From: Octopus bimaculoides
Lineage: Eukaryota
Assembly: GCF_001194135.2 (NCBI RefSeq)
Contig: NC_068983.1
Span: forward strand, 129,874,117-129,935,156
Direction of reading: 5' to 3'
Length of the DNA: 61,040 bases
In this document: in pieces, positions 48,987 through 61,040 of the stretch
Layout: each line of letters opens with the position of its first letter
Numbering within the stretch: position 1 is the stretch's first letter
Translations under genes and position numbers: made by a program
The notes under the pieces: generated by a model
Database searches by the model: none
The model's input: only the letters and a program-made list of their open reading frames with translations
What the model was told of the DNA's origin: nothing

Positions 48987-49594
48987 GACATAATAAGGTG
49001 CTCAGGGATTTGGATGGCTGTACATTTACAGATTTTTATTAATATGTCACATACTTTTATAAATCATAAATTAGCGCTTCCATCTACTCTAATATATTCT
49101 TCAGATATAATTTCGGGGGAATGGATTCGTCTCTTTTTATTGTATTATTAAGGGTATAGGTGAGGACAGAGAGGGGAAGGAAAAAAATAATGTGGGGTGT
49201 ATAGGATAGTAAAAGAGGGTCAGGAATGGGGAGAAAGTGAAAGGGAGAGTGTGTGTTTAGGGTTTGTGTGTGTTTGTGCCTGTATATCTGAAAGGAGTGT
49301 CAATGGAAAAGAGAAAAAAAGAAAGAACTGACCAGTTGTATAGATGTAAGCACATTTTTTCCCTCGTTCTCTCGTCCTTCTTTCTTTCCTTCTCTTTTCC
49401 GTTGAGACTCCTTTCAGATACACAGGCACACTGAATAATACTATAAAAAGAGACGAATCCTTTAAAAAAAATAAATAAAATCTGAAGAATCGATTAGAGT
49501 AGATGCAAACGCTGGTCAGTGATTTATAAAAACATGTGACATATTAATAAATATCTGTACATCACCTCCAAACCTTCCAATATGTGTATGTATG

Positions 49595-49641
<47 letters not shown>

Positions 49642-49889
49642 AAGTAAAGTTGTGGAATACCGTATGAGTGGAAATATATATGAAAGAAGNNNNNNNNNNT
49701 AAAGTATAAAGCTTTGTATGAACTTTGTATTGTTACATACTGATTATCACACATTCTCTGATATTAAAATGAAAATGTTAAAAACAGTGTATGAAAATGC
49801 ACATATGGAATAATACAAATACATATTCTTATACATATTCTTTGACAATCGAATAAAGTTGAAAAGGAACTGACCTGGCGTTTTCCTCT

Positions 49890-49926
<37 letters not shown>

Positions 49927-49974
49927 TATATCCTCTTTGAGCCCACGCCTTCGAGCGTGCTATAATAAGGTTAT

Positions 49975-52700
49975 TTTTCTTCTTTCATTTAACTAACACC
50001 AGCTGTTGTTCCACATACACTTCAGTGGCTTTCTAAAACTGGCTATGCAATGTTTCCTCATCAACTTGTTTAACGCACACTTTTGTTTTTCCATTTCATT
50101 TTCCTCCTTTTCTCCTAAGCCACACTGAATCGCACTTACTTAGCCATTGCCTTTGGTGACTGCACTGTGCTGTTTTATAAATGCTTTAGACAGCTTTTTC
50201 TTTCCATATGTACACACATTTCAACCACTAATCAACCTCTTCCAGTTTTGTGCGTTGCAAATACAACCGGTCGATATCAGCCTTTGGACACTCAGCCCCA
50301 CAAATAGACAACACTTTTGTCCATATATGATTTCCAGTAATACTCTTGCATTTAATAATTCTATTACAGTTTCTGAATTCATCGTTGACTGTAATATTTT
50401 TCTCACTCTTCTTACGTACTCCCTGCTTCTAAACTGCTTCATGTCTCGAGGTTTCGTTTCATTTGCATTCAGTATTCCCAAATAAATATACCACTCTCGC
50501 TTCTCAGCTGCTTTAATTTCTTGCCCGTTTGGCATTTCAATTCCATGACTTACTTAAAATCGTTCTGGTTTCATTATCAAAACTGCACTCGTTTCACTTC
50601 CAATTTCCATTTCAGAAAATGCGAACAGTATGTACAAGACTTTCAAGCAGTATGTTTCAGGCTTTCAAGTTTTTGCATAAAGATTGATAACCTTTACAAA
50701 AAGCAATTGAGTTTTCTGACCATAGCCTTTTCGGCAAACATTAGCTATTCTAACTTCTCGTAATATCAAATGAGCGAGATAATGGCCAATACAATTATTA
50801 AGATAAGCTATCAGGGCGAAATATACCACGTCTGATGTTCACTTTCCCAAGTCATTGTTTTACTATAAACAATTACCTATTCCCATATTTCATACGTTCA
50901 TTGACCATTTTCTGGGATTCCAAATATGCTCGTTGTTTTGTGTATCCTACTGTGCAATACCATGAAGTAGGAGTTTCTGTAATCCAGCAATGCTCTACAT
51001 TCAATCTTGTCAATCAGTATCTACAATTACTCGTTATTACTTTATCAACTAGTAACTGATCTTCGGCTGCCTGATTTTGCTTCCTGCATCTTCTCTCTTC
51101 TACCGGAAGTAAATCGTTACTTTCCTGATGAGTATATACCGCATTCGCTAGTGGTGAACAGCTTATAGATGGAAAGTGTAATACTAACTAAACTTACAAG
51201 GCGTCTTTGAGAAATAACGTGCTTCCACCTGTCCTCCAAGTAAGTAACTATCCCTGTTTCTGGCATTCATCAAATTGTACAGTCATCCTTTCATGTTACC
51301 GTGTACAATTCTGCCGTCAATAACCTTGTCTTTCATATGGGCCATGTCTATGGAAAGTTGCTATCTTTCTTAAGCTTCACTTTCCCTTAATATTGATCAA
51401 TCATTACGTAATCCTGTCGTGGTGCAGTTGCAAATGGGCTCTTCACCTGTGTGTGCCAACCTGTTCTTTCCTCCTGTCTCACTGTCTGGTTCCCAAATTG
51501 CCCTGAGAATAATTTACTCTCTTCTGCATCATGAATCACTTTTTGGCGTTGTTCTTCCTTTGTTTCCTAATACTCCATGCCTTCTCTCTGAACCAATCAA
51601 ACGTTATAAAGTTTTGAATCATCCTTAAAACCGTGATCCTTTCTGACAATACTTCATATACAGCTTGCTTTCCCGTTTCCTCTATGTCCTTACAATTTTA
51701 TGAATTGTACTTCACTCTACAGTTCTCTTCTCATTATCCCAGTTGTTTCCGTGAAGTTTCCAACTTTATTCGGGTTCTATTCCTCCAGTTTCGATCTTTC
51801 ATTCTACTCACCTTATTTTATTCAACGGCTTTACGCTTGTATCCTATTCTGTTATGATAGCTGGGTTGTTACAATAATTTTCTGTCTTAACCAAGCTTAT
51901 AAAGCCCTTCACTTTACCCGTTTCTCTCATTACTCTTCCCCTTAATATACCTTACATCTGGTGGCAATTCATTGTTCACAGCACGCATTTTACTTCACAT
52001 CACTTCTAGAACCTCCTCCTCTTAATCGTTTAACACTTTTGGAACATTTATTATCACTTGTCCAGCTAGACAATGTTCAAAATTTACTTCATCAGCATTC
52101 TCAAACGTTTATTTTATTCCTTCTTTTTCATTTACTCCATACTACATCATTTCATCACGTCTTGCTGATATTGCTGCATAACCTTCTTCTGCTCCTTTTC
52201 CATTCTTCTCTGAATTTCTTCAATCTTTGCTCAGTAATCCAATCATTTATACGAATTGACCTCGTTCGGTTTATCAAAATTTGAGCGAAAGCCTCAATTA
52301 GTCCCTTTTCCTCTCGCATTATTTTCATTGGTTTCATGAAACGTCCTTTATCTGGCTCACTTGTCAGCCAACATTCAATCACAATCTTGTTTACCTCATT
52401 TTCCAATTCAATTTTTATTCTGTCTGCACTTTTGACTTCAGGTCTGGTCCTGGTTAATGGCTTGATGACGACCTACCAGAGCCTGATCATACACACCTTG
52501 CTTGCCGTGCGCGACTCCTGCGCAGCTAACAAGTCTCGTCCCGTTACTGCAATTATGACTATTGTTTCAATGTTGCAGCCCTCATTTTCAGATAGCAATT
52601 ACCGATATTTTTATCGTGACTGCACAACTAGGTAGTTTACTGACCAAGGCTCAATGAGTTCACACCTACCTTCATATACACACTATTGGAACAGCGTTGA
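49975..52700 (-). mobile_element. R4/Dong-like retrotransposon, 5' UTR through thumb, 3'-truncated
   Basis: Translation gives NEVNKIVIECWLTSEPDKG; LDYRNSYFMVLHS; MEIGSETSAVLIMK; WYIYLGILNA...EYVRRVRKILQS; ETLHSQF. Confidence 0.85.
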
Positions 52701-53036
52701 CTCCTAAGAATTCATTCACCTGTTTATAAGTTTCGTCTTTTTTTTTCTAGTACCAAGCAGACACCAAGCACAACAAGCACGCTAGATGTATTTTGTGTGT
52801 TCAGTTGCAGGAAAGCCGACCATTAGTGTATCTGTTTTATATCTAATTGCTGCATAAACTCTTTAACACAGACCGCGCTCAATACATTCTCTTCAAACCA
52901 ACGCATATGAGACAAAACATAAATAAGCACAAAACCTACAACTGAGATCCCCATTCTCGCTAGTTCTCTTTATCACACTGTAGTTATGATAATCATTATT
53001 TCCATCCTCATCACGACTACTACCACTGTCGTTATT

Positions 53037-53150
53037 TTACGTTCTGAGTTCAAATTCCACCGAGGTCGGGTAGATGAATTAAGTACAAATGAACCACTAA
53101 GGTCGATGTGCTCCACAAGTCCCCTCCCAGAAAATTTCAGGCCTTATAAC
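53037..53150 (+). mobile_element. Partial SINE, same family as the 39122 copy
   Basis: ttacgttctgagttcaaattccaccgaggtcg...gatgaattaagtac...cccctcccagaaaatttcaggcc. Confidence 0.65.
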
Positions 53151-53329
53151 TTCAGCAGAAGGGATTATTATTATTCTTACTAACGTTACCGCTTTTGCTA
53201 TCTATATCCCTACCAATTTCACAATTATCATTACCATCATTACCATCTTTACCACTGTCTTTAATAAGATTTCCGGCATAGATGGTGGTGGTGGGGGATA
53301 AGGAGGGAGCGTTGACGAAACACAAGCAG

Positions 53330-53850
53330 GTGTTCTACGTGGGAGATATAGGTGAATCAAAAGTAAAATATAGTTTGTCACTGAAATTTGATGTAAAAAC
53401 GAAAGCTAATTAAATATGTTCCATAATCCAACAATGTGGTATTTTAACGTACGCCTTAGGATAATCGCTCCATGACATTGCTAAGCTACTTTTCCTCCAC
53501 TTGCAGGTTTGTCTACCAGGAGTTCATCCTTGGTACTTCTGCACTTACGCTTACAACCTTTATCCTCATATGGCAGTGCTCCCTTTTTTCAAGGTATCCG
53601 TACTTTGAATCTGCGAGTGCTCCAGTCAATAATTTCCACATACGTCGCTAGCAGGATATCGGCCTGGTATTGTCTACCGCTCCCAGTTCGGTGGTTCCGG
53701 AAGAAAGCCTTGCTATCCCCAACGTTTTCTGCTTCAGAGAGTGCGATCAAATGCGATTGATCGTTGAGAGTAGGAAACCCAGATGTTATATTTGTGGCAA
53801 AACTCGTCACTAAACATATTCTTCCCCACTCTAAAGAAGTTGAGAGAAGT
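53330..53850 (-). mobile_element. R4/Dong-like RT fragment
   Basis: Translation gives NTRPISC*RRMWKLLTGALAD; LPYEDKGCKRKCRSTKDELLVDK; MSWSDYPKAYVKIPHCWI. Confidence 0.85.
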
Positions 53851-53859
53851 TCCGCACAC

Positions 53860-54550
53860 TCCTCTTATATTCTCATTCACAAAGAGGAAAGCAGTGGCAA
53901 CCACGACGTCAGATACAAGAGCAGAGGAGAAATATGCCCATCGGAAATCCTATTGACTCTTTAGATATGGATGGGGCATCGGACGAGACAAATCCTCTTG
54001 AGTGGATGGTCATACAGCGACTCCCAAAAGAGAAGAGATGGAGAGTGGGTAAAGATACATATGTACCCTCTAATTCTGAATGTTTCTGGGCAAGAAATGT
54101 AAAAACCACCTCAGTTTACTCCGGGTGCATGCAGTAGCCATTAATAAAATTACGATTACCGAAGTGTAATCGCTTACAGTTCTTCTGGATGACTAGGGAG
54201 TCTAACCTTCTTCGGCTGGTCTGAATGAAAGTGCGTTTCGAAATGGCTTTGATTTGAAGATGAATAATATTTTCCCAGACAGGTTGGTAGGATGATTCTC
54301 TTGGACCTAAGCAGTAACGGGTGAGCCTTGAGACTAATGACAGTACCAGTACATGCAAAAACAGGAGCGGAAGACACGAATCTCTTTAGACGGCTACAGA
54401 TTTTGCTCGGAATATCTCGCTCATTCGTGTGAGTGGGCAACGGAAGTGAAATGATAGACACAAGGACACCCTAGAATAGCCTTCACCACGACCTCCCATA
54501 TAGGCAAATGGGAACTTGGTCAAATTGCAGTGGGTAATTTAGGTCGTACT
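53860..54550 (-). mobile_element. Possible highly decayed non-LTR (L1/Tx1-like) RT fragment
   Basis: HISPLLLYLTSWLPLLSSL resembles CPLSPLLYVLTLEPLL; the other motifs are weak. Confidence 0.3.
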
Positions 54551-55485
54551 TAGATTTAAAAAAAAAGTTATTTTTTATTTTTCAGAAATTGACTTGTGTA
54601 AGCGAATCTGCTTTATGACATATGCACACTATGTGAGCGTTCACTAGCTTGCAGTATATAAAGCACACCACAAGTTTGAAATACATGAGACGTAAAGACT
54701 TTCTATTTACTACAAAATATTGTTTTATTGACAACTGCATTACTTTGGGGATTACTGGTAAATAAGTATCTGTTAGTATAAAGAGAAACCTAAGCAAAAT
54801 TTAGTTTGTTGGAAAACATATATGCTTTTTTTATTTTAAACTGAAGAAATTTAAAAAGTCCATAAATTAACTCACAAAACACTTCAGTATCACACTTTTA
54901 ACGTGATACTAAAAGAATAAAATAATGTAAAATGCGAAACTGAAAAATTCAGAGAATACTGCAACGATTTCACTTACAAATGATGGTCGACAAATAACTA
55001 CCATCATTTAACAAAAAGTTTGAAATGAATTATGTGCTCTGTAAGGAGCTCATTGACCAGTTTTGTTGTGCTAGTTATCAGAGCTAAATTATACGTTAAA
55101 GAATATGAAATCAGTTAAATATCTTTCTGTATTTGTATATAAAGAAATTGAAATTAAAATCTTAAATGTGCAAATTTGCTCGATGGATTTTTCTAACGTT
55201 TATCTTTGTTACCTCAATATCCGTATCAAATATTGCCCTACGTTCAAATCGGATTATATTCATATACATGTCAATAACAGCTCCATCTTTCCACTCAAAT
55301 ATTACATTCCTAATATTCCCGACTTTCTAATCATTTAAGTCTCTTTGAAAATAATAAATGTTTTGTTCAATGGCAGAAAATCCTGATTTGCTGATTCAAA
55401 ATATATATGGAGTTCAGGCGGTAGAAATTCTTACGTTCACAACTGTTAATATTTTGTTTTTTTCTTGACTATATAGCAACTGTTT

Positions 55486-56277
55486 TTGCTGATATTGTTG
55501 CCATCGAATACCAAGATATTTTCTGTCTATTTCCTTTTTCATGATGAAATCCACTGCCAGCAGGAAGAGAATGGTGACATAATGCAGCCTTGTCTCTCCC
55601 CTGTTTTGATAGCAAAATATTCTGTATTTCCCTCTTGCATTTTTATGCAGCAATTGTTGTTCTTGTAGATGATCTGAATGATTGCTCTGAATATCTGCGA
55701 GTGATGGAGGGGCAGAGTGATGTCAAAGTGAGAGTTGGCATGCTGCAGCAGTTTTCAGAAAGATGGGGAAAATCTGGGTAAATAAAAGCAGTGATTTTAA
55801 AATAAAACTGCGTCTATACAGCATCATCGTGTTACTAACAGCACTGTATGGTAGTGAAACTAGGAATGTAACATCAACAATATCCAAGAAACTAGATGTA
55901 CTCCATCAGAGGTGCTTGCGGGAAATATTGAAGATCTCCTATCGCAACCACATCACAAATACTGCAGTCTTCCAGCGAGCACAGTCAAGATGGTTGCAAA
56001 ACATCGTGGCGGCAGAGAGAAAAATGAGACTAGCCGGCTACATTTTCCGCATGCCAGACCAACGGCACGCCAAAACAGCATATAGATGGGAACCACTTGG
56101 CAGAAAGAGAAGGAATGGAAGACCAAAAAAACAACATGGCGCAGATCGTCCAACGCAGACATAGCAGTAATAAACAGAAACTGAGAAAACATCAAGAGAG
56201 AGGCTGCCGGTAGAGATCAGTGGTGATTGGTGTCTGCCCAATGCGCCATCAGATGCGGGATAGACTAAGGACTAAGG
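55486..56277 (+). mobile_element. RTE-clade LINE 3' end with inverted 5' segment and 13-bp TSD
   Basis: Plus 55665-56277 gives DVKVRVG...KIW...LYGSET...LHQRCLREILKISY...RLAGYIFRMP...GRPKK and the tail actaaggactaagg. Minus 55486-55668 gives YKNNNCCIKMQEGNTEYFAIKTGERQGCIMSP/ILFLLAVDFIMKK...GIRW. TSD: atagcaactgttt (55473-55485) and ataacaactgttt (56278-56290). Confidence 0.9.
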
Positions 56278-57066
56278 ATAACAACTGTTTCATGAGATAT
56301 CATCATCGCAATCCATTGCTTCAAAGCTATATTATTACGGAATGCAGTATTTTGAGAAGATTAAATAAGCATATCTCAGGCCTGTTTAGTTTCATTAGTT
56401 ATATATCAATTTCCCCGCAAGAGTTGCGCATTTTCAGTTCGAGGGTGTGTGTAAGTGTCATGGAATTTCATGTGTCATCCCTCCCACTCATGGTACGTTA
56501 ATGATACTGTTTTAAGTCACATGTTTTCTGTTATATATTCAAGTGAAGGCTTTGTTTATTATCATTTCCGTGGTACATGTTGTTATGCTGAACGTTCCAG
56601 GTTTATGCTTTCTTGTTATCCGATCCTGTTTGTATATTCCTCCATCCTGTTTGATATATGATTCTCTCTTGTGATTGATACTTCTTGTCACCCCTCAAGA
56701 ACAATACCCAAGAATTATTGCCCTGACTCATATTCATGTGAGCAACACAACACAGAATATTTTTACACAGAATATAACCATCTTAATCATCTATACACTT
56801 GAAAGTCGTAAAGTACACTTTGCGAATTCCAATATCTTTCTCGTATTCATTTGTCTCATATATTTTGAAAAAGCATATCTTGCGATTGACATTAATAGAT
56901 AAATAACTTTTAGCTAGCTGAACTGTAAATCTTCTTTATCGAACTAAAGTGTTCTTTGTGAGATGTTTTCGTTATCAAACAAAATTTTTCTCAAGCTTTA
57001 TTCTAGACGTTTTACTGATCTCAGGCATTCGATCTACTATCACCCTTTTCTAACAGAGGTCATTAT

Positions 57067-57098
57067 ATACATACATACACGCATACATACGCACACAC

Positions 57099-57134
<36 letters not shown>

Positions 57135-57172
57135 ACACACACATACACACATACACACATACACACACACAT
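57067..57172. repeat. (CA)n/(CATA)n microsatellite
   Basis: Directly visible. Confidence 0.95.
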
Positions 57173-58725
57173 ATCAATAATAAGATTCTGGGTCTATAGA
57201 ATTCTGTCATCATTTCGGTTATAACATAATTCCAACGGCAATTTTTCACATTTGATTTGAGAGACGTACTCTGTATTTCAATGTCGGTAACTAATGTTAC
57301 TAAACAGATAAAGAAAAACGATGTCACATTGCAAACTTTTCTTATCAAAAGCAGCAACACAAGCACAAAACTACTGCACGGATATTACAATGTAGATATA
57401 TACACCCATCAGACTAATGAAATGACTATTGTTATTACATTCACACTTTTTCAACTTCATAGAAACATATGGCATTATTAAACAATTCAAGAGTTTTAAT
57501 TCTCATTTTTGCAGTACTATCATGAGAGATATGTTTCGTATAGTGCTTTCGCCTACTTCCATTCAGTTCTTGTAGTATGCTAACATAATATAATTTACAA
57601 AAGATTTATTACTCCCAGTTTTGTAAACTTGTAATCATACATAAACATACACACACAAGAAAGAAACATAGTAAGAGAAACAAATACAAATGCATGTTTG
57701 TGTGCGCGATTGTGCGCGCGATCGTGCGAGCGTGCAAGCGTGCATGCATGTGAGCGTGTGAGCTTGTGAGTTCGTGTGTGTGTGCACACATGCGTGCGTG
57801 TGCGAGTCTGTGTAAGTATATGAATGGTCTGCAAACTTTATGCTGACGCACTCAGTCTCATCTCATTTTTCTTAATATCGGGCTAATGAATTCCACTTAC
57901 GTCTTAATGGGAATATTGTTTGCCACATTCATGTTTTGCAGGGAGTAGTATCTCTTCATTGAAAACTAGACTGTTTTACCGTCAGATGCATGTGTATACC
58001 ATTTCAAATAATTTGAATCTTTTGGCTGCTATAAACCTGGTTATACAAACGTATGCTTTGGTGGTCTACATTGCAAAGGCAACGGGTATGCTTACCACTA
58101 ATGTTCAAGACATGTTTACTTAAAGATGTGCGGTCAGAAGTGCAGCAACTAATACACCAATGATTGCTTGAAAAAGAAATCGTGACACGGACTAACGAGT
58201 GGATGTATAAAAGCTCCCAACAAGAATTCATAAACACATTCTTTCCATACCGGCCATGAACGTATGATGAGATGAAATTGAAGAATTCTAAATCCACAGA
58301 ATTGAAGCAGCTGAATTAACACATTAATTAATGCGTGTAAGACCCAGAATATAATTAAGTACCACATTTTCGCGTTATAAAGTCGGTCAAATATATGCAC
58401 GCTCTCGCAGATATATATGTGTGTATATATACATGTGTGCTTGTATACATATATTAATTAGTGTGTGTTTGTGTGTCTATTAGAGCGTATATAGCATTAT
58501 ATACTCGACACATGCGTATAGGCACATAAACACATGCATTTCTAAGTTCTATGTTAATGGTCCAAATATTTATTCAGCGAGGATTTTATTGAGAAAAGTT
58601 AAGCAAATCTATGATCAATTTGTTCCCATTTCTTGAAGGTAATATGAATGTGTAATTTCTCTTACTATGTATATACAAACACAAATACACTCACACGTAC
58701 GCATGCACGCATGCACGCACATACG

Positions 58726-58756
<31 letters not shown>

Positions 58757-59664
58757 ACTTATATATATATATATANNNNNNNNNNNNNNNNNNNNNNNNN
58801 NNNNNNNNNNNNNNNNNNNNNNNNNNNNNNNNNNNNNNNNNNNNNNNNNNNNNNNNNNNNNNNNNNNNNNNNNNNNNNNNNNNNNNNNNNNNNNNNNNNN
58901 NNNNNNNNNNNNNNNNNNNNNNNNNNNNNNNNNNNNNNNNNNNNNNNNNNNNNNNNNNNNNNNNNNNNNNNNNNNNNNNNNNNNNNNNNTATATAAATAT
59001 ATATGCGTGCATGGATATATGAATTGTTTGAATAAGTACTTACAAGTAGAAGCATAAACATCAAAAGCTATTCTCCTACAAGGAACAAAAATTCATGCAC
59101 ACATACATGGTCACGCACGCACAGACACACACAGACTCTCGCTCTCTCTCTCAAACACACACACACACACACACACAAACAAACACGCAGAAACGCATTG
59201 ACACTTACACATATTCTGAGGATTTCTATGTAAATATTTTTCTTACTATAAAAGAGTTCTCTCTGACGTAACAATATTGAAAACTTTTTCCTAGTTCAAA
59301 GAATGAAAATGTTTAAAAAATTCAAAAATAATATTGCGCAAAAGTATTCTTTTAAGAATGTTAAAAATAAGTTCACCAAAGCAATAAGCACATTTGCAGA
59401 AGCATATTTCTAGATTTCTTCACTATAGACATGAAAATACTATACACGAAATGTTCAAGTATATCATATGTTGCTACTTCAGGAAGAAATCGTTAAAAAT
59501 TCGTAACTATATCGCTAAGAAATTTCTTTCAAACTCACCTCATTTTGTATATAGTGTCATTGGTTAAGGTTTATGCATTAGTCCTCTTCAGAATTGGTTT
59601 GTCTTATGCTTTCAATGAAATATCGATGTCGGAATGTTAACGAAATCTAATCATACGAGTGCAT

Positions 59665-59682
59665 CTATCTGTCTCTCTCTGT

Positions 59683-59748
<66 letters not shown>

Positions 59749-60160
59749 NNNNNNNNNNNNNNNNNNNNNNNNNNNNNNNNNNNNNNNNNNNNNNNNNNNN
59801 NNNNNNNNNNNNNNNNNNNNNNNNNNNNNNNNNNNNNNNNNNNNNNNNNNNNNNNNNNNNNNNNNNNNNNNNNNNNNNNNNNNNNNNNNNNNNNNNNNNN
59901 NNNNNNNNNNNNNNNNNNNNNNNNNNNNNNNNNNNNNNNNNNNNNNNNNNNNNNNNNNNNNNNNNNNNNNNNNNNNNNNNNNNNNNNNNNNNNNNNNNNN
60001 NNNNNNNNNNNNNNNNNNNNNNNNNNNNNNNNNNNNNNNNNNNNNNNNNNNNNNNNNNNNNTATATATATATATATGTGTGTGTGTGTATGTGTGTGTGT
60101 GTGTTTGTATACATATATATATATGCATACATGCATATATATATACATATACAGCCATAC
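59665..60160. repeat. (CT)n, gap, and (TA)n/(GT)n microsatellites
   Basis: Directly visible. Confidence 0.95.
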
Positions 60161-60529
60161 ACACATACTCAGTCACACGTGCACGCGTATGCAGTGCGAG
60201 AGAGGAAGAGAAAAATTGTTCTACTAGAGTCAAATAAAGAAATGATAGTTTGAAAGAAATAAGTATGTGCGTTTCAGAGCTGAGTAAGCTATAACCGGTT
60301 TCGCAAGAGATGAGTCATTTAATATATTTCAAAGAGAATATCCATGTAAATGAAATTAATACAAAAACCTCAACTAGTCTCCCATACACAGATATTTACA
60401 AGGAATTGGGGTAGATTTTTGATTTTGACCGTAGGCAAAATCTGTGGTAACGTGCATTGTTTCAAAGAACACGAATGAATATACATACATTTACACTCAC
60501 ACAAAAATGCATACATAGATTATACATAT

Positions 60530-61040
60530 ATATATATCCCTCCCGCCTGCGCTCCAGGGAGTGGAGACCTAGTGCCTTCAGTCGCTCCCTGTAGTTCATC
60601 TGTTGGACTGTGGCGATCTTTTTTGTATAGTGCCGCTGAATTGCTTCGAGTTCTGCTGTCCGCTTAATACTGTGTGGTGACCACAACTGAAAGCAATAGT
60701 CTAGGCGGCTCAAAACAAATGTCTTCCATAGAGTCAACATGACTTTTTGATCCCTTGTACGAAATGTCCACAGTATCCACCCTGCCAGTTGACTGCACTT
60801 TGCTGTCAACTTGACAATGTGCATGTGAAATGATGCATCACTACACATGTTGATGCCCAGATCTCTTACTGTTTGTGGTTGTGGGATTGCAGTACCTCCA
60901 GGTCCTGTGTATGCCAGTTGGGAGGCACTTGTGGTCTTGTAGCGCAGTACTTGAAATTTTTTTGCATTGAACTGCATATTATTTTGCTCTGCCCACTCAT
61001 ATATTGAATTGAGGCCATTCTGCAGGCTTACAATATCATC
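60530..61040 (-). mobile_element. CR1-clade LINE RT C-terminal fragment (continues beyond the window)
   Basis: ORF 60462-60977 reads MQFNAKKFQVLRY...VRDLGINM...GWILWTFRTRD...LSRLDYCFQLWSP...LEAIQRHYTKKI...YRERLKALGLHSLERRR, typical CR1 thumb motifs. It is cut by (TA)n at about 60530. Confidence 0.88.

Noticed and set aside
35583-52110. Other CTGATGA occurrences (about 35584, 44053, 51125 and revcomp at about 52090) as hammerheads
   Set aside because: None has a stem II followed by GAAA and an NUH site in the right order.
315-60237. Long ORFs spanning N-runs or made of YIYI/THTH/ERER/poly-K/poly-L/poly-N
   Set aside because: They are artefacts of assembly gaps and microsatellites (e.g. 315-1385, 16310-16567, 33454-34089, 59634-60227).

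Overview
AT-rich eukaryotic genomic DNA from a gapped, short-read-type scaffold; most N-runs are flanked by (TA)n or (GA)n. The microsatellite load and the tRNA-derived SINE families look like an Octopus/coleoid cephalopod genome (my inference from recalled repeat families, not from a search). No intact protein-coding gene can be supported. The window is mostly decayed transposons: about 11 fragments of R4/Dong-like RLE non-LTR retrotransposons (roughly a quarter of the window), an L1/Tx1-like 3' fragment, an RTE insertion, a CR1-like fragment, a full-length dead mariner, several MITEs and several SINEs. Most notable observations: (1) two head-to-head copies of a tRNA-headed SINE whose tail folds into a minimal type I hammerhead ribozyme core (28163-29642), one of them split at its (AAT)n by a Dong-like insertion; (2) an RTE insertion with a 5' inversion and a 13-bp TSD, matching the twin-priming pattern (55473-56290); (3) a long-TIR MITE with GG ends, an 8-bp TSD and an internal (TTAGGG)n array (22790-23702); (4) a 13-bp minisatellite arising inside a Tx1 zinc-finger coding segment; (5) a weak three-exon cadherin-like candidate (20922-21693). 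All translations were done by eye and boundaries are approximate unless stated.
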